DNA from: an uncultured Bacteroidota bacterium
Lineage (GTDB): Bacteria; Bacteroidota; Bacteroidia; Flavobacteriales; Flavobacteriaceae
Length of the DNA: 64,000 nt
Assembly (NCBI GenBank): GCA_902561795.1
Contig: CACERG010000003.1
Coordinates: 13,693-77,692 of the forward strand
Direction of reading: 5' to 3'
Shown here: in pieces, positions 1 to 10,916 of the stretch
How positions within the stretch are numbered: position 1 is the first letter of the stretch
Layout: each line of letters begins with the position of its first letter
Notes under the pieces: generated by a model
Seen by the model: only the letters and a program-made list of their open reading frames with translations
Database searches by the model: none
What the model was told of the DNA's origin: nothing
Program-made: the position numbers and the translations under genes

Positions 1-126
1 CTCATTCAAAACATCCATCATTTCTAAAAAGGACATGTCTGGAGAAACATCTTTAATTTTATATGTTTCTATCTTTCCTTTCGTTTCTGAATTAGGTTGC
101 CGCCAAACTTTTAAAGTTAAATTCAT
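1..126 (-). CDS. sdhB: succinate dehydrogenase/fumarate reductase iron-sulfur subunit, N-terminal fragment (runs off window)
   Basis: The reverse complement of 1-126 reads MNLTLKVWRQPNSETKGKIETYKIKDVSPDMSFLEMMDVLNE, with the ATG at 126-124. It starts 16 nt after the sdhA stop and matches the typical FrdB/SdhB N-terminus. It is absent from the ORF track because there is no stop in the window. Confidence 0.75.
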   Translation of the reverse strand, partial: MNLTLKVWRQPNSETKGKIETYKIKDVSPDMSFLEMMDVLNE

Positions 127-142
127 ATCTAGTTTTTTGTCT

Positions 143-2146
143 TTATTTGTAAGATCTAGTCTTTACTTCAATTTCCTCATATTTTAAATCTTCCTTATGA
201 AGCTTTGCCTTAGATGGATTTCCTTTAGATTCCCATGCAGAGACAAATGTAAAATTTTTATCATCCCTCAATGCTTCACCCTCAGGTGTTTGCGATTCTT
301 CTCTAAAGTGTCCTCCACAAGATTCTGTTCTTTCAAGCGCATCTTTGGCAAAAAGCTCACCGAGTTCTAAAAAGTCTGCAACTCGCCCTGCTTTTGCTAA
401 TTGCTCATTAAATTCGTTAGATTTACCCGGGATATTTACATTTTTATAAAAATCTTCACGCAATTCGTTAATCTCATTAATTGCTTCCTTTAACCCTTTT
501 TCATTTCTTGACATTCCACATTTATCCCACATTATTTTTCCTAGTTTACGGTGATAAAAATCAACTGAATTTTTTCCATGATTACTTATAAAACCTTCGA
601 TTTGAGCATTAACTGCAGCCTCGGCTTTCTCGAATTCAGGGTGATTAGTATCAATTGGACCAGTACGAATGTCATCTGCAAGATAATCACCTATTGTATA
701 AGGAAGAACAAAATATCCGTCAGCCAGTCCTTGCATTAAAGCTGACGCACCAAGGCGGTTAGCTCCGTGGTCCGAAAAATTAGCTTCACCAATTGCATAA
801 CAGCCAGGAATAGTTGTCATTAAATTATAGTCAACCCAAACACCACCCATGGTATAATGAACAGCTGGATAAATCATCATAGGTGTTTCATAAGGATTTT
901 GGTCAACAATTTTTTCATACATCTGAAATAGATTACCATATTTTGCGCGAACCACTTGTTGTCCTAATTTCTTTACTAAAATTGAGTCATCTTCATTTAA
1001 ACCTTTTACATGAGCTTGTTCTTTTCCATAGCGTGTTATTGCAGAAGCAAAATCTAGATAAACTGCTTCACCTGTTTTGTTTACACCAAATCCAGCATCA
1101 CAGCGCTCTTTTGCTGCTCTGGAAGCAACATCCCTAGGTACTAAATTTCCAAATGCAGGATAACGTCTCTCTAGATAATAATCTCTGTCTTCTTCTTTAA
1201 TCTCAGTAGGTTTAAGGCTTCCTTCACGGATAGCTTTTACGTCTTCTAGCTTTTTAGGCACCCATATTCTACCATCATTTCTTAAGGATTCCGACATTAG
1301 TGTTAGTTTTGATTGGTGATCACCAGATACTGGGATACAGGTGGGATGAATTTGTGTAAAACAAGGATTTGCAAAATATGCTCCTTTTTTGTGAATTTTC
1401 CATGTTGCAGAAACATTACTTCCCATCGCATTTGTAGACAAGAAAAATACGTTTCCATAGCCTCCAGAAGCAATAACTACAGCGTGTGCTCCGTGGCGCT
1501 CTACCTTACCATTAACTAAGTTTCTTGTTATAATTCCACGTGCTTTACCGTCAATAATAACTATGTCCATCATTTCATGTCGGTTGAACATTTGAATTTT
1601 TCCACGACCAATTTGCCTGTTCATAGCAGAATAAGCTCCCAAAAGAAGCTGTTGGCCAGTTTGGCCTTTTGCGTAAAATGTCCTTGAAACCAGAACACCG
1701 CCAAAAGACCTGTTGTCTAATAATCCACCATAATCCCTAGCGAAAGGAACACCTTGAGCGACACACTGATCGATTATATTAGTTGATACTTCTGCTAAAC
1801 GATGAACATTTGCCTCTCGAGATCTATAGTCGCCACCTTTAATGGTGTCGTAAAACAAACGATATGTTGAATCTCCATCCCCCTGATAATTTTTTGCAGC
1901 ATTTATTCCACCTTGTGCAGCAATAGAATGTGCTCTTCTAGGCGAATCTTGAAAACAGAAGGTTTTTACGTTATATCCCAATTCAGCAAGAGTTGCTGAT
2001 GCAGACGCACCGGCTAAACCAGTTCCTACAACGATAACATCAATTAAGCGTTTATTTGCTGGGCTAACCAAATTTATCTTACCCTTATGTTTTGTCCACT
2101 TTTCAGCAACAGGACCGTATGGAATTTTTGATTCGAGTTTAGCCAT
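143..2146 (-). CDS. sdhA: succinate dehydrogenase/fumarate reductase flavoprotein subunit
   Basis: 667 aa. FAD dinucleotide fold [14 protein letters not shown], the histidyl-FAD region [15 protein letters not shown], and the HPTC/HYTMGG motifs. It sits between the cytochrome b and Fe-S subunit genes. Confidence 0.95.
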   Translation of the reverse strand: MAKLESKIPYGPVAEKWTKHKGKINLVSPANKRLIDVIVVGTGLAGASASATLAELGYNVKTFCFQDSPRRAHSIAAQGGINAAKNYQGDGDSTYRLFYDTIKGGDYRSREANVHRLAEVSTNIIDQCVAQGVPFARDYGGLLDNRSFGGVLVSRTFYAKGQTGQQLLLGAYSAMNRQIGRGKIQMFNRHEMMDIVIIDGKARGIITRNLVNGKVERHGAHAVVIASGGYGNVFFLSTNAMGSNVSATWKIHKKGAYFANPCFTQIHPTCIPVSGDHQSKLTLMSESLRNDGRIWVPKKLEDVKAIREGSLKPTEIKEEDRDYYLERRYPAFGNLVPRDVASRAAKERCDAGFGVNKTGEAVYLDFASAITRYGKEQAHVKGLNEDDSILVKKLGQQVVRAKYGNLFQMYEKIVDQNPYETPMMIYPAVHYTMGGVWVDYNLMTTIPGCYAIGEANFSDHGANRLGASALMQGLADGYFVLPYTIGDYLADDIRTGPIDTNHPEFEKAEAAVNAQIEGFISNHGKNSVDFYHRKLGKIMWDKCGMSRNEKGLKEAINEINELREDFYKNVNIPGKSNEFNEQLAKAGRVADFLELGELFAKDALERTESCGGHFREESQTPEGEALRDDKNFTFVSAWESKGNPSKAKLHKEDLKYEEIEVKTRSYK

Positions 2147-2147
2147 A

Positions 2148-2807
2148 TTAAAATTTATTTATATGATGAAATACGGCAATAAAAACAAAACCGATAGGAA
2201 CGATTATTGAAAATGCAGTAGTAAAAGATTTTATTGATTTAGTGTACTTATTGTTTAGTCCCACAGACTGAAAAGATGAAGCAAACCCATGAAGTAAGTG
2301 CAAGCTTAAAAAAATGAAAGAAAAAGCGTAAATAATTACTCTAACAGGACTTTCAAATTTATGGACAAGTTCTTCAAAATATCTGTTTTGGTCAAGTGGT
2401 AAAACTTGAACATACTTGTAATTCATTTCTGGAACCCAAAAATCATAAAAATGTAATCCAAGGAAAGATAAGATTACAATTCCCGAGAGAATCATATTGC
2501 GTGACATCCAAGAAGCGTTAGTTTTTCCTTTGTAAACGGAATAACTTGTTGAGCGTGATTTTGAATTTTGGAGTTCTAAAATAAATCCCATAACAAAATG
2601 AAACAAAACGCCAAAAATTAAAATAGGTTGAAGAATAAATTGGACAATAGGGTTGTTTCCCATAAAATGTGAGACTTGATTAAACAATGATTCACTAAAA
2701 ACAGAAAGTAGATTAATGCTAAAGTGCTGAGTTAAAAAGAGCACTAAAAATATTCCTGAGAGTGCCATTGCTACTTTTCTTCCTATTGAAGAGGCAGTTA
2801 AGCTCAT
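2148..2807 (-). CDS. sdhC: succinate dehydrogenase cytochrome b subunit (b558-type, Bacteroidetes form)
   Basis: 219 aa polytopic membrane protein with conserved His in the TM helices. It lies 1 nt upstream of sdhA in the order sdhC-A-B. Confidence 0.8.
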   Translation of the reverse strand: MSLTASSIGRKVAMALSGIFLVLFLTQHFSINLLSVFSESLFNQVSHFMGNNPIVQFILQPILIFGVLFHFVMGFILELQNSKSRSTSYSVYKGKTNASWMSRNMILSGIVILSFLGLHFYDFWVPEMNYKYVQVLPLDQNRYFEELVHKFESPVRVIIYAFSFIFLSLHLLHGFASSFQSVGLNNKYTKSIKSFTTAFSIIVPIGFVFIAVFHHINKF

Positions 2808-3005
2808 AAGTTTTTCAATTTGTTATTCAAAATTAAGGCATAAACGCTTAGCAGCAAACCTGTTTTCATAATTTTTACCTTTTATGAACAAATAAATGAC
2901 TATTTAAAAAATTTGTTGAATTTTATTTTTGAAATAATGTTTTTTTTGATAAAATAGTTAAACAAATTAGGGTTTAAAAACTATTATCTTCGTAAAAAAT
3001 ATCAG

Positions 3006-4298
3006 ATGAAATATAAACCCATTTCAAACTCTTTTTACAAAAAGACCAGAAAGGCTTTTACGAGTCAAATGAAATCAAAAAGTTTAGCGGTATTTAATTC
3101 AAATGATATTTATCCTATTAGCGCTGACAGCACTATACCTTTCCATCAACACCGAGATATATTTTATTTATCTGGTATTGATCAAGAACAGACAATTCTT
3201 CTCCTATTTCCTGACTCTTTGAATCCTAAGTATAGAGAAATCTTATTTGTAAGAAAAACAAACTCAAAGATTATTATTTGGGAAGGTGCTAAATTAAATA
3301 AAGAACAAGCTCGAGAGTTAAGTGGTATTGAAACAATTTTATGGTTAGACGATTTTAAGAGTATTTTTCAACAATTAAGTACTCAATGTGAAACTTTTTA
3401 TTTTAACACCAACGAACATTATCGTCAGAATGTTGAAACAGAGACTAGGGAGGATCGGTTTATTAAATGGTGTAAGGATAATTACCCTGCACATAAAACT
3501 GCTAAAAGCAATCCAATATTACAGGAATTAAGGGCTGTTAAGACACAAGAAGAAATTCAACAAATACAAATAGCCTGTGATATAACTGAAAAAGGTATCC
3601 GCCGAATATTTTCATTTGTAAAACCTGGAGTATGGGAGTATGAAATTGAAGCAGAGTTGATACATGAGTTCATCAGAAACAGATCTAGGGGATTTGCATA
3701 TGAACCTATAATTGCTTCAGGCACAAATGCCAACATTTTACATTATATAGAAAACAATAAGCAATGTAAATCGGGTGAGTTAATACTTATGGATGTTGCT
3801 GCAGAATATGGAAATTATTCAGCTGATCTAACAAGGACGTTACCTGTTTCAGGGAGGTTTACTAAACGTCAAAAAGAGATTTATAATGCTGTTTTACTTG
3901 TAAAAAATGAAGCTACAAAACTCTTAAGGACTGGTGTTATTTGGAAAGATTTTCATGTAGAAGTTGGAAAAATCATGACTTCAGAGCTACTTAAATTGGG
4001 CCTTTTAGACAAATCGGATGTTCAAAACGAAACCAATAAAAACCCAGCATATAAAAAATATTTCATGCATGGAACTTCACACCATTTAGGTTTAAATACC
4101 CATGACTACGGCCTTTTACATTTGCCTATGGAGACTAATATGGTCTTTACCGTTGAACCTGGAATATATATACCAGAAGAAGGTTTAGGAATCCGTTTGG
4201 AAGACGACGTTGTAATTCAAAATTCTGGGGCTCCACTAAATTTAATGTCGAACATTCCAATTGAAGCCGAAGAGATTGAAGACTTAATGAATAACTAA
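3006..4298 (+). CDS. Xaa-Pro aminopeptidase (peptidase M24B)
   Basis: 430 aa. M24 pita-bread metal-ligand motifs: MDVAAEYGNYSADLTRT, HGTSHHLGL, EPGIY and GIRLEDD. Confidence 0.85.
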   Translation: MKYKPISNSFYKKTRKAFTSQMKSKSLAVFNSNDIYPISADSTIPFHQHRDIFYLSGIDQEQTILLLFPDSLNPKYREILFVRKTNSKIIIWEGAKLNKEQARELSGIETILWLDDFKSIFQQLSTQCETFYFNTNEHYRQNVETETREDRFIKWCKDNYPAHKTAKSNPILQELRAVKTQEEIQQIQIACDITEKGIRRIFSFVKPGVWEYEIEAELIHEFIRNRSRGFAYEPIIASGTNANILHYIENNKQCKSGELILMDVAAEYGNYSADLTRTLPVSGRFTKRQKEIYNAVLLVKNEATKLLRTGVIWKDFHVEVGKIMTSELLKLGLLDKSDVQNETNKNPAYKKYFMHGTSHHLGLNTHDYGLLHLPMETNMVFTVEPGIYIPEEGLGIRLEDDVVIQNSGAPLNLMSNIPIEAEEIEDLMNN

Positions 4299-4321
4299 AA
4301 ACCACCTAAAAGGTGGTTTTA
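4298..4321. terminator. bidirectional rho-independent terminator
   Basis: Perfect hairpin AAAACCACCT-AAA-AGGTGGTTTT between two convergent genes. Confidence 0.8.
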
Positions 4322-4326
4322 ATACT

Positions 4327-5538
4327 CTATGCTGTTGGTACTTTAGAGGCTCCCTTTTGCCAAAAATAAAGTATTGTAAATAGAATTATAAGGATACCCG
4401 GAAAAGAGATCATATATGTTAGAGTTTCTTGTCCCACGGCTAGATCTAGATCTGGACCTGAAAGCCCAGAAGATTTTTGTATTTCTGTAGATTGATCAAT
4501 CCATGAACCAATGATAGGTTGGAAAATAGAAGTTGAAAACATTCCCATACCTCCAACAATTGACATTCCTAATGCACCACTAGCAGGAATTTTTTCAGCT
4601 ACAAAACCAATCATATTTGGCCAGAAATAACAAATACCCATAGCAAAAAATATAGCTGCCACATAAACCATAGTACCTGTTTGAGTACTGAAAAGAAAAA
4701 TTCCTATTGAGGCTAAAACAGCTGAACCAAGGAGAACACCAGTTTGATCTAATCTGTGCACAATGTCCCCTCCAAAATAACGACCTACGGCCATTAAACC
4801 AGTTATTAAAGCAAGAATAACCATAGGATGTGCACCACTATTAGACATTATAAGGCTTGTCCATTGTTGTGGTCCGAATTCAGAAATAGCAGTCAATGCC
4901 ATACAAGCCAAGATAAATAAGTAGACAGGAGATGCCATTGCTTTTAAATTTTCACTAACAGATGCTGCAGCTTCCACTTTAGGCTTAGGAAATTCTTGAC
5001 CCATAAAAAGGTAAGCATAAATTAATGTAGGGATCATAATTATCCAAATCTGAGCTTGCCATCCTAAACCCGCATTTGTCATAAGTAAGGAGACAACACT
5101 TCCAATTACTATTCCTCCAGGAAACCACATGTGAAATCTATTGAGCAAAGTATTCATTTTTTTTCCTTCATATGCGTCAGCAATCATTGGATTACAGGCT
5201 GCTTCAGTGCAACCATTTCCTATTCCAATTAAAAGTGTCGAAAGAAGTAAACCCGAATAACCTCCAGAATAAATAGTCAGAATAATACCAATGGTATGAG
5301 TCAAAAATGCAAATTGCATGATACGTTTTGGACCTATTGTATGATAAAAAAGACCTCCTAATATCATTGATATAGGGAAACCAAGAAACCACATTGAATT
5401 TATAAATCCTAGTTGTTGGGCATCGAGAAGAAATTCTTCACCAAGCTGAGGTAAAATACCAGCACGAATGCTAAATGAGAGTGCTGTAGTTATTAAGGCG
5501 AAACAGCTACCGTAAAATAATCTGTTAGAATTAGTCAT
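4327..5538 (-). CDS. MFS transporter
   Basis: 403 aa with about 12 predicted TM helices and the MFS-like loop GPKRIM after TM2. The substrate is unknown. Confidence 0.8.
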   Translation of the reverse strand: MTNSNRLFYGSCFALITTALSFSIRAGILPQLGEEFLLDAQQLGFINSMWFLGFPISMILGGLFYHTIGPKRIMQFAFLTHTIGIILTIYSGGYSGLLLSTLLIGIGNGCTEAACNPMIADAYEGKKMNTLLNRFHMWFPGGIVIGSVVSLLMTNAGLGWQAQIWIIMIPTLIYAYLFMGQEFPKPKVEAAASVSENLKAMASPVYLFILACMALTAISEFGPQQWTSLIMSNSGAHPMVILALITGLMAVGRYFGGDIVHRLDQTGVLLGSAVLASIGIFLFSTQTGTMVYVAAIFFAMGICYFWPNMIGFVAEKIPASGALGMSIVGGMGMFSTSIFQPIIGSWIDQSTEIQKSSGLSGPDLDLAVGQETLTYMISFPGILIILFTILYFWQKGASKVPTA

Positions 5539-5634
5539 TGTTAAGTTTATTTCAATTTGCGTATCTAAAGATATAAGATTTTATATTATACAGATTAGCA
5601 AAAAGGAATTTATAACAATTTTAGGTACTTAACA

Positions 5635-5766
5635 TTAATGACAATCACAATTATGATCACAACCTTTTTTATTTGCTAGCTTGCTTTTAAAAAAAAACTT
5701 TCTGAATAAAAATAGTAGTGCACATATTCCTGACAGAAAAACTAAAAAGCCTTGTATCCAATCCAT
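5635..5766 (-). CDS. FeoB-associated Cys-rich small membrane protein
   Basis: 43 aa: MDWIQGFLVFLSGICALLFLFRKFFFKSKLANKKGCDHNCDCH. One TM helix plus a C-terminal CxxxCxC tail. Its ATG overlaps the feoB stop (TAATG at 5768-5764). The 71-aa version in the ORF track overlaps feoB and is probably too long. Confidence 0.6.
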   Translation of the reverse strand: MDWIQGFLVFLSGICALLFLFRKFFFKSKLANKKGCDHNCDCH

Positions 5767-7856
5767 TATGATAAAATTTGATAAGTTAGAAATGAAATGA
5801 AATAAGCTAATATTGTCATGAAGAATAGCTGGCCCAGTGGCCATTTCCATGAGTTAGTTTCCTTTTTTACAACAGCAAGTGTGCTCATACATTGCATGGC
5901 AAAAGCATAAAAAATCATTAACGAAGTTCCACTTGCTAAATTAAATAATAACTTCCCATCTTTCCTTACTTCTGAAGCCATTTTATTTTTAATAGTATCG
6001 TTATCGTCATTCTGAACACTATATATAGTCGCGAGTGTTCCCACAAAAACTTCTCTTGCAGCAAAGGAGGTGATTATTGCTATTCCAATTCTCCAATCAT
6101 AACCCAATGGGGTTATTATAGGTTCTATTGATCTTCCCAAAACCCCTACATATGAATTCTCTAATTTAAATGAGTTGGTTTTTAATTCTATTTCTTTTTC
6201 TGCAAGCTCAGGATATTTCTTTTGAATAATATTTTCAGCTTGATTAAAATTTTCACCAGGACCATATGAAGCTAAAATCCAAAGTAAAATGGAAATCGCT
6301 AATATTATTTTTCCAGCTCCTTCCACAAAGCTTTTTGTTTTTTCCAATACAGTTAGAGCAACATTTTTAATTAATGGAATCTTATAATTAGGTAATTCAA
6401 TAACAAAGTAGCTCTTTGAATGAATTGATAGGGTAGTAGTTAGGATCCAAGCAATTCCTAGTGCCATAAGAAAACCAATCAAATATAAAAACATTAACAT
6501 CAACCCTTTATAACTAAAGCCGAGAAAGTAACCATCAGGAATTACGAGAGCAATTAGTATTGCATAAACTGGTAAGCGTGCCGAGCATGTAGTAAATGGA
6601 GTAACTAAAATAGTAATTAAGCGCTCTTTCCAAGACTCAATATTTCTTGTTGACATTATTGCTGGTATAGCACAGGCTGTTCCAGAAATTAAAGGGATAA
6701 TACTTTTTCCGCTAAGACCAAAACGACGTAATCCTCTGTCCATTAAAAATACAACCCTACTCATGTAACCTGTTTCTTCGAGTATAGACAAAAAAAGAAA
6801 TAAAAATGCAATCTGAGGAATGAAAATTACTATTCCACCAAGGCCTGGAATAATTCCTTGTGATAAAAGGTCTGTAAACACACCACTTGGTAAATTATTT
6901 GAAGCTACACTGCTCAAATAATTAAAACAATTATCAATAAAATCCATTGGTACTTCACTCCAACTAAAAATAGATTGAAATATTATCATAAGTATTGAAA
7001 AGAAAATTAGATAACCCCAAAACTTGTGAATAAGAACTCTATCTAATTTACTTCTAAAATCAGTTGCAGATGCTTTATCAATTTGTAAACCCTTTTTTAA
7101 AACACTATTAATAAATTGGTAGCGTTTAATCGTTTCCTTTTGTTGAAGACGTTTGATTTCAGATTTAGATTTTGTTTGAAATTTTGAAATATCTGATATA
7201 AGGGTTCTCTGAATTGCTACAAAATTTGCATCCTGTGTTATAATTAACCAAAGTTTGTAAAGTAATTGTCCAGGAAAAGCGTTTTCAAGATTTTCAAAGT
7301 ATTTTTTATCAATAGAATTAATTTGAACAAGCGGTTTATTAGAAATAATCCTGTAGTTCAAAATTAATTTTTTCAATTCATCTAAGCCAGTGTTTTCACG
7401 TGTACTCACGAGGGCAATTTTGGTTTCAAGCGTTTGCTCCAAAATTGGTATATCTAATGAAATACCTTTACGTTTCATTTGATCTGCCATATTAATGACA
7501 AGTATAGTTGGTATTCCCAAGTCTTTAATTTGAGTAAATAGCAACAAGTTTCTTTTTAAGTTTTCAACATCGGCTATTACCAAAGCTAAATCTGGATAAT
7601 CTTTGTTGTTTTTGTTTAGAAGAAGTTCAACAACTATACTTTCATCTATTGATGAAGAATTTATACTGTATGTTCCAGGTAAGTCAATAAAATATCCTTT
7701 TGTTGTCCTATCAAGCTTGCATACTCCCTCTTTTTTTTCAACTGTAACACCTGGATAATTTCCCACCTTTTGAGATAGACCGGTTAGACTATTAAACAGA
7801 GATGTTTTTCCAGTATTTGGGTTTCCCAACAATGCGATATTAAGAGACTTGCTCAT
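5766..7856 (-). CDS. feoB: ferrous iron transporter B
   Basis: 696 aa. N-terminal G-domain with GNPNTGKTSLFN (G1), DLPGTYS (G3) and NMADQ (G4), followed by a polytopic permease domain. Confidence 0.95.
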   Translation of the reverse strand: MSKSLNIALLGNPNTGKTSLFNSLTGLSQKVGNYPGVTVEKKEGVCKLDRTTKGYFIDLPGTYSINSSSIDESIVVELLLNKNNKDYPDLALVIADVENLKRNLLLFTQIKDLGIPTILVINMADQMKRKGISLDIPILEQTLETKIALVSTRENTGLDELKKLILNYRIISNKPLVQINSIDKKYFENLENAFPGQLLYKLWLIITQDANFVAIQRTLISDISKFQTKSKSEIKRLQQKETIKRYQFINSVLKKGLQIDKASATDFRSKLDRVLIHKFWGYLIFFSILMIIFQSIFSWSEVPMDFIDNCFNYLSSVASNNLPSGVFTDLLSQGIIPGLGGIVIFIPQIAFLFLFLSILEETGYMSRVVFLMDRGLRRFGLSGKSIIPLISGTACAIPAIMSTRNIESWKERLITILVTPFTTCSARLPVYAILIALVIPDGYFLGFSYKGLMLMFLYLIGFLMALGIAWILTTTLSIHSKSYFVIELPNYKIPLIKNVALTVLEKTKSFVEGAGKIILAISILLWILASYGPGENFNQAENIIQKKYPELAEKEIELKTNSFKLENSYVGVLGRSIEPIITPLGYDWRIGIAIITSFAAREVFVGTLATIYSVQNDDNDTIKNKMASEVRKDGKLLFNLASGTSLMIFYAFAMQCMSTLAVVKKETNSWKWPLGQLFFMTILAYFISFLTYQILS

Positions 7857-7859
7857 ATT

Positions 7860-8087
7860 TTATTTGATTAGCTTAACAAAAATGAATTTGGCCGTTTCTT
7901 TTCTTATTGCAAGATGGGTCTCATCAACTTTGAGGTATAGTGGGTCGTCAAATGGAGCTTTTTGAATTATTGTAATAAAGTTGCCGGGTAAACAGCCCAT
8001 TTCAATTAGTTTTAAGGGGATTTTATCAATTTCAATTGATTCGATACATGCATTTTCACCAAATTTTAGCTGACTTAACGGGATCAC
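7860..8087 (-). CDS. feoA: ferrous iron transport protein A
   Basis: 75 aa SH3-like FeoA (MGCLPGNFITI) directly upstream of feoB. GTG start. Confidence 0.85.
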   Translation of the reverse strand: MIPLSQLKFGENACIESIEIDKIPLKLIEMGCLPGNFITIIQKAPFDDPLYLKVDETHLAIRKETAKFIFVKLIK

Positions 8088-8155
8088 TATCTAGAATGAT
8101 TTTAAAGAGTAAAAGTAGGGAAATTACGTTCCAAAATTTATCAACTGATATAAAA

Positions 8156-8842
8156 TTAAGAACTAGGGTACTCCTTTTTTAGAACTCGGATGTCATAAAG
8201 TAGGGATTTCATTTCAGATGTGTCCGTACCGTCATAAAATCCTCTAATACGTTTATCTGGATCAACTAAAATGAAATTCTCAGTATGTATCATATCATTT
8301 TTTCCACCATCGCCATCATTTTTCGCTGCAAAAAATGACTTTCGTGCTAAGTCATAGATATGTTTTTTATCACCAGTCAAAAGATTCCATTTAGAGTCTA
8401 TGACCCCTTTTTCAATCGCATATTTTTTAAGCTGAGGGACAGAGTCTATTTCTGGTGTGACACTAAAAGAAACTAATTTGACTTGATTATCCTCTTTTAA
8501 AGCTTCTTGTATCAATCCCATATTCGCAGTCATCTTTGGACATATTCCTGGACAGGTAGTAAAGAAAAAATCTGCAATATAAATTTTATCTTTAAAATCC
8601 TGTTCTGTTACATTTAGACCATTTTGATTAGTTAGAGAAAAAGAGCCTATTTTATGAAACTTTTTGATGTGTTGCAAGCTTTGGTCCACCAATTCGTAAT
8701 TCACCGATGCTGGTTGGTACACAGGTAATTTATCTTCTGGTTTAAGAGCATTATAAAACAGCAGAAGAATAACAGATGAGATACCTGTCATTATTGCAAA
8801 AAAAGTTTTGTAGCGATCAAAGAATTTAATCATAAGTCTCAT
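8156..8842 (-). CDS. SCO1/SenC family copper chaperone / thiol-disulfide protein
   Basis: 228 aa. N-terminal TM anchor and a thioredoxin-like fold with FFFTTCPGICP (CxxxC) and a downstream His (MIHTENF). Confidence 0.85.
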   Translation of the reverse strand: MRLMIKFFDRYKTFFAIMTGISSVILLLFYNALKPEDKLPVYQPASVNYELVDQSLQHIKKFHKIGSFSLTNQNGLNVTEQDFKDKIYIADFFFTTCPGICPKMTANMGLIQEALKEDNQVKLVSFSVTPEIDSVPQLKKYAIEKGVIDSKWNLLTGDKKHIYDLARKSFFAAKNDGDGGKNDMIHTENFILVDPDKRIRGFYDGTDTSEMKSLLYDIRVLKKEYPSS

Positions 8843-8944
8843 TTTTTCGCAAATTTAGAGTATTTATAATCTATATTTAGCCTAATATTTAAAAACTAAT
8901 TTAAATCCAATTGAATTTCATTTTTATTATGGTATCGATTGTAC

Positions 8945-8952
8945 TAATTTTG
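8945..8952 (+). promoter_or_regulatory. canonical Bacteroidetes -7 box TAATTTTG upstream of rseP
   Basis: Exact match to TAnnTTTG, 18 nt upstream of the ATG at 8970. Confidence 0.5.
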
Positions 8953-8969
8953 CTCCTTAAAATTTTAAT

Positions 8970-10286
8970 ATGAGCCCTTTTATTGTTAAAGCTGTTCAAT
9001 TGCTTTTGAGCTTATCTTTACTAATTATACTACATGAGTTAGGGCATTTTATCCCAGCTCGTATTTTCAAGACAAGAGTTGAAAAATTCTTTCTTTTTTT
9101 TGATGTCAAATTTGCCCTACTAAAAAAGAAAATAGGTGAAACTACTTACGGTATAGGATGGTTACCACTAGGAGGTTATGTTAAAATATCAGGTATGATA
9201 GATGAAAGTATGGATAAGGAACAAATGTTACAACCTCCAAAGCCATGGGAATTTAGATCCAAACCAGCATGGCAACGTTTAATCATAATGCTAGGAGGAG
9301 TAACTGTTAATCTTATTCTCGGATTTCTGATTTATATGATGATACTCTTTGTATGGGGGAAATACACCCTGGCATCAGAAGACTTGCCATTGGGCTTAGA
9401 GCCTACACCTATTGTTTCCCAGCTAGGTTTTGAAACAGGAGATCAAATTCTGAGTGTAGATGGGGAAAGCTTAGAAAATGTGTTAGACATTAATAAATAT
9501 TTTTTACTTCGGGAGGTTAATGAAGTGAGAGTAAGAAGAAAAAATGGGGGTCTAGCTACAATTTATATACCAGACGATATTGGTACTCAAATTTTTGAAT
9601 CTGGTCAAATGATTCCATTTGTTCCTGTCTTCCCCGCTATGATTGACAGTGTTATTCCAAATTCCCCAGCAAGTAAAATTGGACTTCTGTCAAATGATAA
9701 AATACTAAGCTTGAATGGCAATAAAATTTCCAGTTGGAGTGACTTTAAAAATAATATGACAAAAGATTCTAAAGAAATTGATTTAGTTGTTGAAAGAAAT
9801 CAAAGTGCAATTTCATTTAGTACAGTAACAAGGGGGGACGGTACTTTAGGGGTTTATCCAAAAACAGACTTTTTCTCCTTTGAATTAGAGAAATTAAGTT
9901 TAGGCGAAAGCATAGTTGAGGGTTTTGACTATGGGTATTGGACCTTAAGAGATTACATCGCACAATTTAAGTATATATTTACACCCAAAGGAGCTTCGCA
10001 ACTAGGAGGGTTTGGGGCAATTGGTAATATGTTTCCTAGTCAATGGGACTGGAAAGGCTTTTGGTCAAGTACAGCATTAATATCTATTATTTTAGCTTTC
10101 ATGAATATATTACCTATTCCTGCACTTGATGGCGGGCACGTGATGTTTCTTTTTTATGAGATTGTTACTGGAAGAAAACCGAACGACAAGTTTATGGAAT
10201 ATGCACAAATGTTTGGATTCTTTTTGCTTTTGTCATTAGTTTTATATGCTAATGGGAATGATATTTACAGGGCAATTTTCACTTAG
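8970..10286 (+). CDS. rseP: RIP metalloprotease RseP (site-2 protease, M50)
   Basis: 438 aa. HELGH zinc motif in TM1, central PDZ-like region, and the C-terminal NILPIPALDGGH motif. Confidence 0.9.
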   Translation: MSPFIVKAVQLLLSLSLLIILHELGHFIPARIFKTRVEKFFLFFDVKFALLKKKIGETTYGIGWLPLGGYVKISGMIDESMDKEQMLQPPKPWEFRSKPAWQRLIIMLGGVTVNLILGFLIYMMILFVWGKYTLASEDLPLGLEPTPIVSQLGFETGDQILSVDGESLENVLDINKYFLLREVNEVRVRRKNGGLATIYIPDDIGTQIFESGQMIPFVPVFPAMIDSVIPNSPASKIGLLSNDKILSLNGNKISSWSDFKNNMTKDSKEIDLVVERNQSAISFSTVTRGDGTLGVYPKTDFFSFELEKLSLGESIVEGFDYGYWTLRDYIAQFKYIFTPKGASQLGGFGAIGNMFPSQWDWKGFWSSTALISIILAFMNILPIPALDGGHVMFLFYEIVTGRKPNDKFMEYAQMFGFFLLLSLVLYANGNDIYRAIFT

Positions 10287-10848
10287 AATCTTTTTTACCT
10301 ATTGATTCAAAATCAACCTCGAACAGGACTTCATTTTTACGATTAATTATTTTATAGGGGGAATTATAGACCAATACAATTGGGTCACCAATTAATTTTA
10401 TTTTATTTCTAAATGCTATTTCTTCCAAATTTTTCCTAACTCTAGTTACTGCCCAGTCGAAAGCATATCCTCCAAAAGAATGAGCAATATAATAACCAGA
10501 TCTAGATTCATAAACTTCAACTTTTTCTGACAGAGGTTCGGGTGCGTTACTTTTGTCAATTGATCTAGGAAGTACAAATTCCATCATTTCATTGTCTTCA
10601 TTTTTTCCTAGATATACTGGGGTTGTCATAGCAATTTTTTGATCCCTTGAATTTCTACCTGATATGTAACCAAACAAGGCTCCAAACCCATTTTTTCTAG
10701 ATGATCTTATTTTGACAGCGGGTGGATAGAAGCGGATTTCAGCTTCATCAACTTTCTTAATTAGGTCAAAACTTTGTGTTTCATATTGTTGAGCCATAGA
10801 AATAGATTGATAAAGTATAAATAAAAGAGTAAATGTTTTCGTTTTCAA
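10279..10848 (-). CDS. SOUL heme-binding family protein, secreted
   Basis: 189 aa with a signal peptide. SOUL/HBP pattern: FGALFGYISGRN, KIAMTTPV, MEFVLP, and a C-terminal NSPYKIINRKNEV. Confidence 0.8.
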   Translation of the reverse strand: MKTKTFTLLFILYQSISMAQQYETQSFDLIKKVDEAEIRFYPPAVKIRSSRKNGFGALFGYISGRNSRDQKIAMTTPVYLGKNEDNEMMEFVLPRSIDKSNAPEPLSEKVEVYESRSGYYIAHSFGGYAFDWAVTRVRKNLEEIAFRNKIKLIGDPIVLVYNSPYKIINRKNEVLFEVDFESIGKKDSK

Positions 10849-10916
10849 TTTAAATAATCAAAATTTTGTTTTCAATTTAACAATTTAATTCTCTTTCAAG
10901 AGCTAATGTATATTGT

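Noticed and set aside
883-1519. ORFs 883-1137 (+) and 1313-1519 (+), antisense within sdhA.
   Set aside because: They lie entirely inside a strongly supported gene on the opposite strand and have low-complexity translations. They are shadow ORFs. The same applies to 5204-5392, 16653-16949, 18367-18576, 20591-20779, 20952-21233, 21525-21764, 29456-29647, 36127-36408, 36423-36623, 45213-45398, 48301-48492, 55030-55314, 56621-56872, 58548-58805 and 61867-62094.
8078-8110. Fur-box-like AT-rich sequence overlapping the feoA start (GATCACTATCTAGAATGATTTT).
   Set aside because: It is only a partial dyad around CTAG and a poor match to GATAATGATAATCATTATC. In ~30% GC DNA such matches are expected by chance.
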